A stretch of 28,548 bases of DNA. Origin: Microcystaceae cyanobacterium (GTDB taxonomy: Bacteria; Cyanobacteriota; Cyanobacteriia; Cyanobacteriales; Microcystaceae). Position numbers and translations under genes: made by a program. Shown here piece after piece: positions 18,298 through 27,506 of the stretch (position 1 is its first letter; each line of letters begins with the position of its first letter). Where the stretch lies: assembly GCA_041746575.1 (NCBI GenBank), contig JBGTGT010000047.1, positions 1-28,548 on the forward strand, in the 5' to 3' direction. A model generated the notes under the pieces. The model did no database searches. It was not told the DNA's origin and was given only the letters and a program-made list of their open reading frames with translations.

Positions 18298-20559
18298 ATG
18301 CGATCATCTCCGGTGTTAAGACCCCTAGTTGCCTTTATTCCCTCCGTTTCTTCCTTCAACGACTTAGGAAAGGTCTTAGTGGGGATATTCGCTTATGGGT
18401 TCATTGGTGGATTCACTTATGTCTTTTTTCCCCCACCAATGATGCTTTTTCCGCTAGGGTTGACGGCCGGTTTTGGACTTTTTTTACTCATTTTTAACAA
18501 AAAAATATTTTTATCGAGTATTTTTATCGGTGAATTTTTATTAACCCTTTATATCAATGATTCTTTTAATCTGGCTATCATTTCCGCTTTTAGTACTACG
18601 CTTGCCTTAGCGATCGCTATTTTTCTGTTGCAGCGACTGGATTTTTCGCCTCAATTGACCCAAGTTAAGCATATTATTACTTTAATCTTAATTGGGGCGA
18701 TATTGGAACCCATGATTAAGGCGACGCTTTGGGGTTGGGGGATAACTTTATTAGAAGGAAATATTCGGTTATTGTCTGGGAAAATAGGGTGGATATTTTG
18801 GTTAAAAGATACGATTGGCGTTTTACTCCTTGTACCCCTTTTATTGGTCTTTAAGTTTAAGAAGAATGATTCGTCTTTCTTGCCAAAACGTCGGATAGAA
18901 GCGTTAATCTGTGGCATCAGTTTATGCCTAATTAGCTGGGTGATCTTTAGAGATGCAAATTTAGGTCACTTTCTAGGAAAAAATAGCGTTCAAACGGCTC
19001 AGTATCTGAGATATTTAGTCTTTCCTTTTATTATTTGGACATCCTTACGATTTCAATTATTTGAAACGATTGTCGCTTGTTGGATTATCTCTTTTTTGGC
19101 AATGTATGGGTCATTAAAGGGAATCGGCGCATTTTCTTTACAAAATGATTACCCAGATGACGCTATTCTCCTGTTACAAGTTTTTATGATCATTCTCATT
19201 AGCACTGCTTTAGTATTGTCCGTTGCCATTACCGCTCGCAAACAAGTTGATCAAAAACTAAGAATGACCTTAGAACGCGATCGCCTGATCGGGGAAATTG
19301 CCCTCAAAATTCGTCAATCTTTAAACCTGCAAACGATTTTACAGTCCAGTGTTACGGAAGTAAAGCATTTACTTGCGGTAGATCGAGCTTACATCAGTTA
19401 TCTAACTTCAAGTAAGACTTTAGAGATTTTAGCGGAATCTCGGCAAATGAATTATCCTTCCCTCTTAGGACGGCATTATCCCCCAGACTTATTGATAGAA
19501 GCTGAACGGATTTTACAGGAGCCGAGAACAATTGTTACCCACGATATTAGAAAAATTCAGCTTTCAGAAACCCTTGAAAAATATGCGATTCACTATCACG
19601 TTAAATCCTCTATTATTGTGCCTTTACGTGTCAATGATCAATCCTTAGGCTTATTAGTGGTTCACCAATGTTCTCAACCCCGTCAGTGGACAGAATTAGA
19701 TATCAATCTCTTAGAAAGATTGGCGACTCAAGTCAGTATTGCTCTTCAACAGGCACAGCTTTATCAACAAGTTCAGCAACTGAATAAAACCTTAGAACAA
19801 CAAGTACAACAGAGAACGTATCAATTAGAAGAAAAGATGGCAGAATTGCAGCAATTTTATGATATGAAAACGATTTTCTTGCAAGCGGTTTCCCATGATT
19901 TAAAAACCTCCATGATGGGGTTATCTATGTTTTTACAAAGTTTACCCTCTAATCCGTCCTCCGATATTCGTTTATCTCCTCGAATTGTTAATCATTTGAT
20001 GGTGAGTTGTGATCGCTTTTTAATCTTAATTAATGCGTTATCAGAAGGTTATCTCAATCAAAAAACGCCGATGGATTTGAATTTAAAAAAGGTTGCTCTG
20101 CCAGCCTTACTGCAACCTCTTCTTGCTCAATGGCAACCCTTATTTGAGCAAAATCAAGTCACCTTTAAGTATCATATTTTAGGAGATCTTCCTCTTATTA
20201 AGCTAGATCCAATCTTAATTCCTAAGGTTTTCAAAAACTTAGTGAATAATGCCATCAAACATAATGAACCGGGGATTAACTTGGAAATCAAAATTCAACC
20301 AGAAGACAATTTTGTTAAGTGTGTTATTGTCGATAATGGTAAAGGATTAAAAGAGGGTCAAAAAGATCAAATTTTTCAACTTTATGTCAGAGGATTAGAT
20401 AACTCTCGCTTAACAGGAGTGGGATTAGGCTGTTATCAATCTCGGCAAATTATTGAGGCACATGGGGGTGAAATTGGTGTTGAAAGTCGTTGGGGCGAAG
20501 GAACGCAGTTTTGGTTTACGCTTCCCCTTAATTGCTCAAAAATAAAGTCAGATTTTTAA
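18298..20559 (+). CDS. MASE1 + GAF sensor histidine kinase
   Basis: About 310 aa of TM segments, GAF (IRQSLNL...DRA...LLVVHQC..PRQW...LATQV.IALQQAQL), H-box SHDLK, N-box NLVNNAIKH, DNGKG, GVGLG. Confidence 0.9.
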   Translation: MRSSPVLRPLVAFIPSVSSFNDLGKVLVGIFAYGFIGGFTYVFFPPPMMLFPLGLTAGFGLFLLIFNKKIFLSSIFIGEFLLTLYINDSFNLAIISAFSTTLALAIAIFLLQRLDFSPQLTQVKHIITLILIGAILEPMIKATLWGWGITLLEGNIRLLSGKIGWIFWLKDTIGVLLLVPLLLVFKFKKNDSSFLPKRRIEALICGISLCLISWVIFRDANLGHFLGKNSVQTAQYLRYLVFPFIIWTSLRFQLFETIVACWIISFLAMYGSLKGIGAFSLQNDYPDDAILLLQVFMIILISTALVLSVAITARKQVDQKLRMTLERDRLIGEIALKIRQSLNLQTILQSSVTEVKHLLAVDRAYISYLTSSKTLEILAESRQMNYPSLLGRHYPPDLLIEAERILQEPRTIVTHDIRKIQLSETLEKYAIHYHVKSSIIVPLRVNDQSLGLLVVHQCSQPRQWTELDINLLERLATQVSIALQQAQLYQQVQQLNKTLEQQVQQRTYQLEEKMAELQQFYDMKTIFLQAVSHDLKTSMMGLSMFLQSLPSNPSSDIRLSPRIVNHLMVSCDRFLILINALSEGYLNQKTPMDLNLKKVALPALLQPLLAQWQPLFEQNQVTFKYHILGDLPLIKLDPILIPKVFKNLVNNAIKHNEPGINLEIKIQPEDNFVKCVIVDNGKGLKEGQKDQIFQLYVRGLDNSRLTGVGLGCYQSRQIIEAHGGEIGVESRWGEGTQFWFTLPLNCSKIKSDF

Positions 20560-20594
20560 TATAGCGTTAAATTGCTGAGATTAAATATAATAGA

Positions 20595-21368
20595 ATGGGA
20601 GAAGTCGCATTGCCTTCAACGATGGAAAAAAAACAACCCTTGCCTTGTTGGAAAACCATTGGGATTAACGGCGATCGCAGTTGTCCTACTTTAGAACGAG
20701 TCAATCACTGTCATAATTGTTCCGTTTATCGAGCCGCCGGTAGAGAATTATTAATGCGGCAGATTCCATCGGATTATGCAGAGGAATGGACAACCTTATT
20801 AGCAAAAAATTGGCAACCCGCTTTATCTGTTGACGTTAAAGGCAAAAAACAGCAGAAAAACCGTCATCATTCCTCCGTGATCATCTTCCGCTTAGCAGAA
20901 GAATGGTTTGCCTTACCGGTGTGGGTACTCAAGGAAGTTACGCCGCTTTGTCCGATTCATACTGTTCCTCATCGCAGTAATCACGTTTTCTCCGGCATTG
21001 TCAATATTCGAGGGGAAATCTTAATGTGTATCACCTTAGAAAACTTACTCGGTGTCAGTCGTCCGGATTATGTCGCTTCATCTGCCGTACCCTCTGCGCA
21101 ACAGCTTCCCTCAAATCCTGTCGTTTATAGGCGAACAGTGGTGATAGAAGTGCAAGATAACCGATGGGCCTTTAGAGTTGACGAAATTGCCGGAATTGAT
21201 CGTTTAAATCAGCAAAATTTGCAAGATGTTCCTGTGGTTATCGCAAAAACCCCTGATACTTACACCCAAAAAATCCTGTTTTGGGAAGATAAAAAGGTGA
21301 ATTACCTTAATTATGAATTACTGTTTTATGAATTGTTATTCTATACTTTAAATCGCCCTACTTTTTAA
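20595..21368 (+). CDS. CheW-like coupling protein of the WspD type
   Basis: N-terminal CW..IG..GDRSCP.L....HC.NC.VY motif characteristic of WspD, followed by a CheW domain (IFRL..EWFALP, GIVNIRGE, VDEI). Confidence 0.85.
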   Translation: MGEVALPSTMEKKQPLPCWKTIGINGDRSCPTLERVNHCHNCSVYRAAGRELLMRQIPSDYAEEWTTLLAKNWQPALSVDVKGKKQQKNRHHSSVIIFRLAEEWFALPVWVLKEVTPLCPIHTVPHRSNHVFSGIVNIRGEILMCITLENLLGVSRPDYVASSAVPSAQQLPSNPVVYRRTVVIEVQDNRWAFRVDEIAGIDRLNQQNLQDVPVVIAKTPDTYTQKILFWEDKKVNYLNYELLFYELLFYTLNRPTF

Positions 21369-21754
21369 CCCAAACGATCAAAAAAGTTCACATCGCCCTA
21401 GGTGTTTTTAATTTTGAAGTATCCATTGCAGATTATCGCTAAAGACTTGCCAAAAAAATCGATTGAGTCATCGAAAACCAATATGCTTTATGGCGCACTG
21501 ATATTCTTAATCTATCCATCAAAAAAGTTCCTAACGAGTAAGTAGGACAATTAAGATACCTCGGTTGGGGAAACCCAGATATTTCTCTATTTACAGGAGA
21601 TACAGACTGTAATGGGATTGTTTGGCAAGAATTCAGCCCCGACCACTAAGCCCAAAAAATTAAAGAAACATGGCCAAATACAAACTATCAACCCAACTCC
21701 GTTTAGAATAGAAAAAAATTTTCCACTCTGCTATTTACGTCAAGGTAAAGTGTT

Positions 21755-22327
21755 ATGAAACGATCTGTTGTGTGGTGTGTATCCAGTCTGCTGATACTGG
21801 GATGGGGAGTTAAAACATTGGCGCAAACAACGACCGAAATGACCCCGATAGGTGTTCCTGCCGTTGAACCAGAAACCCCGACGCAAGTTATTCCTGCAAA
21901 ACCGCTTCAAATTCCCGGAAAACCCCCTGAAAACAAAATTATTGCCACTCATTTAGTTTTAAATCTACAAGAACGAAAAGTTTATGCTTATCAGCATAGT
22001 AAAGCCCTAAAAAGCTTCCCTGTGGCCATTGGCAAAAAAGGCTGGGAAACCCCCAAAGGCAGTTTTAAAGTGATTCAATTAGTCAAAAATCCCGTGTGGC
22101 AAAATCCTTGGAATGGCAAAATTTCACCCCCTGGCCCCAATAGTCCTTTAGGGGAAAGATGGATTGGTTTTTGGTCAGACGGCAAGAATTATATCGGCTT
22201 TCACGGCACACCGGGGGAACACGTCATCGGACAAGCCGTTTCTCATGGATGCGTTCGGATGCGCAATAAAGATATTAAGGAGTTATTTGACTTAGTGCCG
22301 ATGGGTATCCCAGTTACGGTAAAATAA
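21755..22327 (+). CDS. L,D-transpeptidase (YkuD family), exported
   Basis: Signal peptide, FPVAIGK..WETP.G.F, PLGERWI, FHGT...SHGCVRM catalytic motif. Confidence 0.93.
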   Translation: MKRSVVWCVSSLLILGWGVKTLAQTTTEMTPIGVPAVEPETPTQVIPAKPLQIPGKPPENKIIATHLVLNLQERKVYAYQHSKALKSFPVAIGKKGWETPKGSFKVIQLVKNPVWQNPWNGKISPPGPNSPLGERWIGFWSDGKNYIGFHGTPGEHVIGQAVSHGCVRMRNKDIKELFDLVPMGIPVTVK

Positions 22328-22579
22328 GCAGTTATACCTTTCAAATCGCTAATTTGGACTAAATCCGGCTTTGATACTCCCCTGTAGGGCGATCGCGTTT
22401 TATGGGGGGATTTTTAAGAGGATAAAAGATCACTCAGTACTGCAACTACACCACGCATATATTGATAGAGCGAAAAAAAGCGGCGTAAAAAGGCATAAAC
22501 GGTCATAAAGTCCAGCAGTTTTAGGCTATAATCGGGTCAATAGCGATGTCGTCACATTTATCAATAGGATTAAACATCA

Positions 22580-24073
22580 ATGGCTAAAGAAAAAGCTGAT
22601 TTACAAAAGATCACTAAACAGGATGAAGATTATTCTCGTTGGTATCTAGATATTGTTGAAAGAGCCAAATTAGCTGAAGAATCGGGCGTTCGGGGTTGTA
22701 TGATTATCAGACCTGAAGGATTTGCCATCTGGGAAAAAATGCAGCAAATCTTAGATGGAATGTTCAAAGAGACGGGACATTCCAATGCTTATTTTCCGCT
22801 CTTTATCCCTGTTAGTTACTTTTCTAAAGAAGCCAAGCACGTTTCTGGATTTGCCAAAGAATGTGCAGTTGTGACGCATCATCGGTTAACCACTAACGAA
22901 GCAGGGGAGATTATCGTAGATCCTGAAGCGGAATTAGGAGAACCCCTTGTTATTAGACCAACGAGTGAGACAATTATCTGGTCAGCCTATCGTAAGTGGA
23001 TTCAAAGTTATCGAGATTTACCGATTCTTTTAAACCAATGGGTTAACGTTTGTCGTTGGGAACTGAGAACCCGACCTTTTTTGCGAACGACTGAGTTTCT
23101 GTGGCAAGAAGGACATACAGCGCATGCGACGTTTGAGGAGGCAGAGGCGGAAGCGCGACAAATGCTGGATATTTATAAAACTTTTGTAGAAGCGTATTTA
23201 GCCATACCCGTGACGGCCGGTCGTAAAACCGAAAATGAGAAGTTTCCCGGTGCTGAACATACATATACCATTGAAACAATGACCCAAGATAAACGAGCGA
23301 TTCAAGTCGCTACCAGTCATCACCTAGGGACCACCTTTTCTAAAGCATTTGACGTGACGTATTTATCGGCTGAAGGCACGCAAGAATATCCTTTTGCCAC
23401 CAGTTGGGGAATTACAACAAGATTGATTGGAACACTTATTATGGTTCACTCAGATAACCAAGGCTTTGTCTGTCCTCCTCGTATTGCGCCATTACAAGTG
23501 ATTGGTGTGCCAATTTATCGCAAGGATTCGGAAAGAGAGCAAGTGTTCGCACGATTTGAAGAATTACAACAAGCGTTTAAGGCTTCAGGCGCATTTTCAT
23601 TTAAAATTGACACCAGAGAAAATTTGAGTCCGGGTTTTAAGTTTAATGATTGGGAGTTAAAAGGGATTCCTCTACGATTAGAAATCGGCCCTAGAGATTT
23701 AAAAGAAGGCAATGCCGTTTTAGTCCGTCGGGATACTCGTGAAAAAATGATGGTGTCGCAAAAAGACTTAGCCACTCACATTCCAGCATTATTAGAAACG
23801 ATTCAGACGAGTCTTTTCCAAAAAGCGCAAACCTTTCAAGCTCAAAATACTTACGCTGTGTCAACCTATGCAGAATTTAAGGACAGTATTGAGAAAAATT
23901 TGGGATTTTACCTTGTTTATTTTGATGGAACACCCGAAGATGAAGAAATGATCCAAGAAGAAACCAAAGCAACCGGCCGTTGTATTCCTTTGGGAGAACA
24001 CAGTAAAATGGGTAAATGTTTTTATACCCATCGAGAAACCCGTCAGCAAGTCATCTTTGCCAGAGCCTACTAA
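22580..24073 (+). CDS. proS: Proline--tRNA ligase, archaeal/eukaryote-like type
   Basis: YSRWY, GCMIIRP, RPTSET, SYRDLP, WELRTRPFLRTTEFLWQEGHT, SWGITTR, WELKGIPLR, C-terminal FARAY. No INS editing domain. TATAAT at 22527-22532. Confidence 0.96.
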   Translation: MAKEKADLQKITKQDEDYSRWYLDIVERAKLAEESGVRGCMIIRPEGFAIWEKMQQILDGMFKETGHSNAYFPLFIPVSYFSKEAKHVSGFAKECAVVTHHRLTTNEAGEIIVDPEAELGEPLVIRPTSETIIWSAYRKWIQSYRDLPILLNQWVNVCRWELRTRPFLRTTEFLWQEGHTAHATFEEAEAEARQMLDIYKTFVEAYLAIPVTAGRKTENEKFPGAEHTYTIETMTQDKRAIQVATSHHLGTTFSKAFDVTYLSAEGTQEYPFATSWGITTRLIGTLIMVHSDNQGFVCPPRIAPLQVIGVPIYRKDSEREQVFARFEELQQAFKASGAFSFKIDTRENLSPGFKFNDWELKGIPLRLEIGPRDLKEGNAVLVRRDTREKMMVSQKDLATHIPALLETIQTSLFQKAQTFQAQNTYAVSTYAEFKDSIEKNLGFYLVYFDGTPEDEEMIQEETKATGRCIPLGEHSKMGKCFYTHRETRQQVIFARAY

Positions 24074-24080
24074 ATAACTT

Positions 24081-25085
24081 CTAAAGTTCTGAGGTTTTTT
24101 CTTCGTCTATTTGTTCTAAAAAACGACCGAGATCCCCAAAATTTGCGCCATAAGCAAGGGTCGAAGGCTCGTATCCCTTCAGGTTTACCTTATATTCTTG
24201 AAAGAACTTTGACGCATTTTCTACTTGGGATAAGTAACGATAAGTGGTTGCTCCCACAGCAATATCTAAACCCATTTGCTTCGTTGCCGATTCTAAGCGA
24301 AAAGCCGCATTTACTGTATCACCAATGGCTGTATAGTCAGGATGATCGCCACTTCCGGTATTGCCTACCATCGCATAACCCGTATTAATGCCTGTCCCAA
24401 TACGCAAGGGAAAGGGTAACGTATATTGTCGGCTTAAATTTTGGGTCATGTCATGGAGATTTTTAACGGCTTGAAAAATATCAAACAAATCATCATGGGT
24501 GACTTTTTCTTGACCATGGAACCAAATTGCCATCACCGCATCTCCGATATATTTATCTACCCAACTTCCTGCATTACGAATAATACTACCCGACTGACGA
24601 AACCAATTGCCAATTAGAGCAGAGAGAACTTTTTCATCTAATTGTTGCGCTAAGACGGTAAATTCACGAATATCGGTGACCATTACCGAAATTAACTCCC
24701 TCTGATGTAACGTTGAGGTCATAGTCTCGTGATTGCTCTTTGGTTCTCCCCGTTGGTTGATATTACAGGATTTAGGTTGATAAAATTCTACTTGAGTTTT
24801 ACCAAAGGTAATGTGGTCAGCATTTTGTAAGGTTACGGGAATACTGACGCGTCGACCGTTGACAAACGTGCCATTGCGACTCCCCAAATCAATTAAATAG
24901 AAATCCCCCGTATCCGTTAACTGCAAAATCGCATGGTTTCGAGAAATACAATGATCCCGTATAACCACATCATTCTCTTTGCCACGACCCACTGTCCAGT
25001 AATTTTTACTGGCGAGGGAGAGATGGCGTTTTCCCTTCTCTGTATATAGCAGCAAATAGGGGTTATTGGGGTTGGGTTTCTCCAC
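24081..25085 (-). CDS. cya1: FHA-domain class III adenylate cyclase
   Basis: FHA (GR, SRNH, SRNGTFVNG) plus cyclase (TDIREFT, DKYIGDA, DYTAIGDTVNAAFRLE; Lys/Thr specificity pair = class IIIb). GTG start. Downstream of DUF3120. Confidence 0.88.
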   Translation of the reverse strand: MEKPNPNNPYLLLYTEKGKRHLSLASKNYWTVGRGKENDVVIRDHCISRNHAILQLTDTGDFYLIDLGSRNGTFVNGRRVSIPVTLQNADHITFGKTQVEFYQPKSCNINQRGEPKSNHETMTSTLHQRELISVMVTDIREFTVLAQQLDEKVLSALIGNWFRQSGSIIRNAGSWVDKYIGDAVMAIWFHGQEKVTHDDLFDIFQAVKNLHDMTQNLSRQYTLPFPLRIGTGINTGYAMVGNTGSGDHPDYTAIGDTVNAAFRLESATKQMGLDIAVGATTYRYLSQVENASKFFQEYKVNLKGYEPSTLAYGANFGDLGRFLEQIDEEKTSEL

Positions 25086-25129
25086 AGTAATTCAGAGTGA
25101 CAAACAACGTAGGGGATAGCCGTCGCAAA

Positions 25130-25867
25130 TTAAGCAAAAGCCGCCGCTAGCCAAAAGAGACTATCCACTAAGATTGTACTTAATACTGCCCCAGCAAATG
25201 CCCCTCGGTCCCAGTGAATTTTTCTAAGTCCCCATAAACCACAGGCTAACAGCACATTAACAAACACAATCGCCCAACTAATCCCCCACGGGGTTTGCAC
25301 TTGCGCGATCGCTTGTTGCAGGATAGGGCTGACTAAATCGGGGGAAACTTGCATCAGTTGCCGCCAATAGGGGATTAAATCCGTCACATAAAAGTAAGCA
25401 TCGGTGACGGTCGTTCCCAGTAATGAGCCTAAATAAAACCACGCCCCCACAATGCCCCAATTTCGCCAGAGACACCATAGGGCAAAGGGCAATCCTATCG
25501 CCTCGATCGGTAGATGAATTAAGGGTTCGTATCGAAACCATCCCCAGTAAATGCTTCCTGCTAACCAGCTTCCGCTAAAACCTAGCAGTAAATCACCCCA
25601 AATAGCGGTTTTTGGCTGTTTCATCCAGTTCAATCCCCAGATAATCCATAATCCCGTTACCATTAAACTGACGAGAGGCCATTCTCGCACCAAAGGGGCT
25701 TGAACAAAAACGGGCACAGAGACTAAAAAGCTAGACACTAAAAAGACTGAAATGGCTTGGCGCTGATTTTGAGTCCATTTGAGCCAATAGGCGGGAATTC
25801 CGGCAACTTTACTTTGACAAGTGGCCGCAACTGATAAAGGGGTAGGAATGAGAGGATGATTAAACAA
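25130..25867 (-). CDS. DUF3120-family membrane protein
   Basis: FLVSVPVFVQAPLVR, WLAGSIYWGW.R.EP..HLPIEA, FYLGSLLGT..TD, FAGAVLSTILVDSLF. TTG start. Confidence 0.85.
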   Translation of the reverse strand: MFNHPLIPTPLSVAATCQSKVAGIPAYWLKWTQNQRQAISVFLVSSFLVSVPVFVQAPLVREWPLVSLMVTGLWIIWGLNWMKQPKTAIWGDLLLGFSGSWLAGSIYWGWFRYEPLIHLPIEAIGLPFALWCLWRNWGIVGAWFYLGSLLGTTVTDAYFYVTDLIPYWRQLMQVSPDLVSPILQQAIAQVQTPWGISWAIVFVNVLLACGLWGLRKIHWDRGAFAGAVLSTILVDSLFWLAAAFA

Positions 25868-25948
25868 TGTTTTTTTAAGAATCTTTACTATTCTTTACTT
25901 ATCGCAAACTTTTGAGTTTACGCCTATCCCCCTAGGGGGGATACTGTT

Positions 25949-25978
25949 ATCTTAGAAGAAAACGCCAGTCCTTGTCAA
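25949..25978 (-). promoter_or_regulatory. Sigma70-type promoter for DUF3120-cya1
   Basis: Minus strand TTGACA(25978-25973)-N18-TAAGAT(25954-25949). A G/C palindrome (25925-25943) begins at the expected start site. Confidence 0.65.
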
Positions 25979-26016
25979 GATAAGCAGATAGGGTTAATTT
26001 CCGCGAAAATAAGCTC

Positions 26017-26050
26017 AAAAAAATTCAGTCCCCCTGTTTGAGAGGAACTG
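26017..26050 (-). terminator. Intrinsic terminator of the three-gene membrane operon
   Basis: Minus strand CAGTTCCTCT-CAAAC-AGGGGGACTG (10 bp with two G-U pairs) then AATTTTTTT. Confidence 0.7.
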
Positions 26051-26103
26051 CGATCGCTATGGTTAAATAGGACTAACCAAAAATACTATCGGCGTGCGTC
26101 TGA

Positions 26104-26328
26104 TTATTTTTGAGCGTTTTCGGGCATGAGCTGATATTCTAACGTTAAAGATTTGCCATGAAATTCAAAAGAACGAAATTTCTCCATCTGGCTCACTCGC
26201 AACATTGCCAAGGGATAACTGAACGCAAAGAGACTGAATACCCCCAATAAGCCAAACACAATTTTGTGCAATTGTTTCGCTGGCATAGTCTGAGAATGGG
26301 AGATAGACTTATTAGTTACAATGGACAT
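26104..26328 (-). CDS. Small single-TM hypothetical protein (third gene of operon)
   Basis: 74 aa, one hydrophobic helix, AAGGAA upstream, 18-bp gap from the previous gene, followed by a terminator. Confidence 0.65.
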   Translation of the reverse strand: MSIVTNKSISHSQTMPAKQLHKIVFGLLGVFSLFAFSYPLAMLRVSQMEKFRSFEFHGKSLTLEYQLMPENAQK

Positions 26329-26346
26329 AAAATCAGAATTTTCCTT

Positions 26347-26832
26347 TTAAACTAAGGGGAAATAGGGAAATAGAGGATGCCAACACATGGCCGTAGCCAG
26401 TGCCAATAAGCCAATCATCCCAACAAAAAGGGTGGCGGTTTTTACTTGACGATCTTTTAAGCAAAAATGAAGAATAATCCAGCTAACTAGCCAAGCAATG
26501 AGTAAAATAGTTTCTTTACCGGTATAACTGCCAATATTGCCCCATAATGGATCAGTGTTATTCGCTCCCGGGATCCAGCTTCCTAAAGCCAGTAATTTTT
26601 GCTCGAGGATTTTGGTTGTGTCTGCGTCCGAGAGGTGATGGGCAATCATCATGGTAACTGAGCCGATGGCGGCACTAAGAAAGGCGGCGGCCGCTTCTCC
26701 TGACATCGTGGGCGGGTTTTGACTGCCTTGGTGCAAAAAGGAGGGAAATTGTTTGAGGATGCACCACATTTGACCGTACCAAGGATCTTGCGGCGCAAAG
26801 GGATCTTTAGGGGGGCTTATCGGTTGATTCAT
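26347..26832 (-). CDS. Three-TM hypothetical membrane protein (second gene of operon)
   Basis: Start moved from TTG 26847 to ATG 26832 (GGAGA 8 nt upstream). SGEAAAAFLSAAIG, MIAHH, GSYTGKE, WLVSWIILH, CWHP. Confidence 0.8.
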   Translation of the reverse strand: MNQPISPPKDPFAPQDPWYGQMWCILKQFPSFLHQGSQNPPTMSGEAAAAFLSAAIGSVTMMIAHHLSDADTTKILEQKLLALGSWIPGANNTDPLWGNIGSYTGKETILLIAWLVSWIILHFCLKDRQVKTATLFVGMIGLLALATAMCWHPLFPYFPLV

Positions 26833-26865
26833 TGTCAAATTCTCCAATTTAAAAGGGTCAAACAG

Positions 26866-27483
26866 TTATAAGGCACGAATTTTGGCAACACCTAAACCGC
26901 TCACTAATCCCCCCATGGCAAAAAACATCATGGCTATCAAAGCAAAACAGGTGGCAGTGAGAACGGGGCGATTTTTTTTGTCTAAAATGGAATCCCCATA
27001 CCGCCATAAGACCCAAGCAGAAGCTACAGCAAGGGGAATAGTAAACAATACGCTAAATTCATGATATTCCATGAAAATATACTGTCCAAGCGGAGAATTT
27101 TCTTTTAGCCACGCTCTTGCTCCTCCATATTCCAGACCGGCACGATAACGCATATAAGCCAAATTGCCCGATGCAATAGCTAAGAAAGCTAAAATAGACG
27201 ACCAAAAGGTTAAAGTGCGCATTTGCGGTAAAATTTGAGCAGATCCTCGCAATAAGGGAAAGGCTAAATGTCCTGCATAAACAATGACCACCAGTGCCAT
27301 CATAGAAGCCAACCCATGCACCGTTCCCATCCAGCGTTGCCAAGGACTTGGGTGCAAAAGATTGACAAAGGGTAAAAATAGGAATAATCCCGCCGATAAA
27401 AAGCTCAAACCATAAATACAGACTTGAGCAATGTCTAGCTGTCTCGGAAAAGATTGAGGGGGAGATTGGGCATTTTGTACCAT
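26866..27483 (-). CDS. Five-TM His-containing hypothetical membrane protein (first gene of operon)
   Basis: Start moved from TTG 27501 to ATG 27483 (GGAGG 7 nt upstream). 205 aa. VHG, GHL, YMRYRA, FMEYHEF motifs. Confidence 0.82.
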   Translation of the reverse strand: MVQNAQSPPQSFPRQLDIAQVCIYGLSFLSAGLFLFLPFVNLLHPSPWQRWMGTVHGLASMMALVVIVYAGHLAFPLLRGSAQILPQMRTLTFWSSILAFLAIASGNLAYMRYRAGLEYGGARAWLKENSPLGQYIFMEYHEFSVLFTIPLAVASAWVLWRYGDSILDKKNRPVLTATCFALIAMMFFAMGGLVSGLGVAKIRAL

Positions 27484-27506
27484 TGATTTGCCTCCATTCA
27501 ATTATT

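Noticed and set aside
19270..19770. Kinase GAF domain as a bilin-binding cyanobacteriochrome, given nearby bvdR
   Set aside because: No chromophore-binding CH/CY cysteine and no DxxF/DxCF motif.
22580..24073. Absence of HIP1 in proS as evidence of foreign origin
   Set aside because: At about 16 sites per 28.5 kb, fewer than one is expected in 1.5 kb, so absence is uninformative.
25873..25899. TCTTTACT direct repeats in the DUF3120 leader as an RpaB site
   Set aside because: Weak match in very AT-rich sequence, not distinguishable from background by eye.
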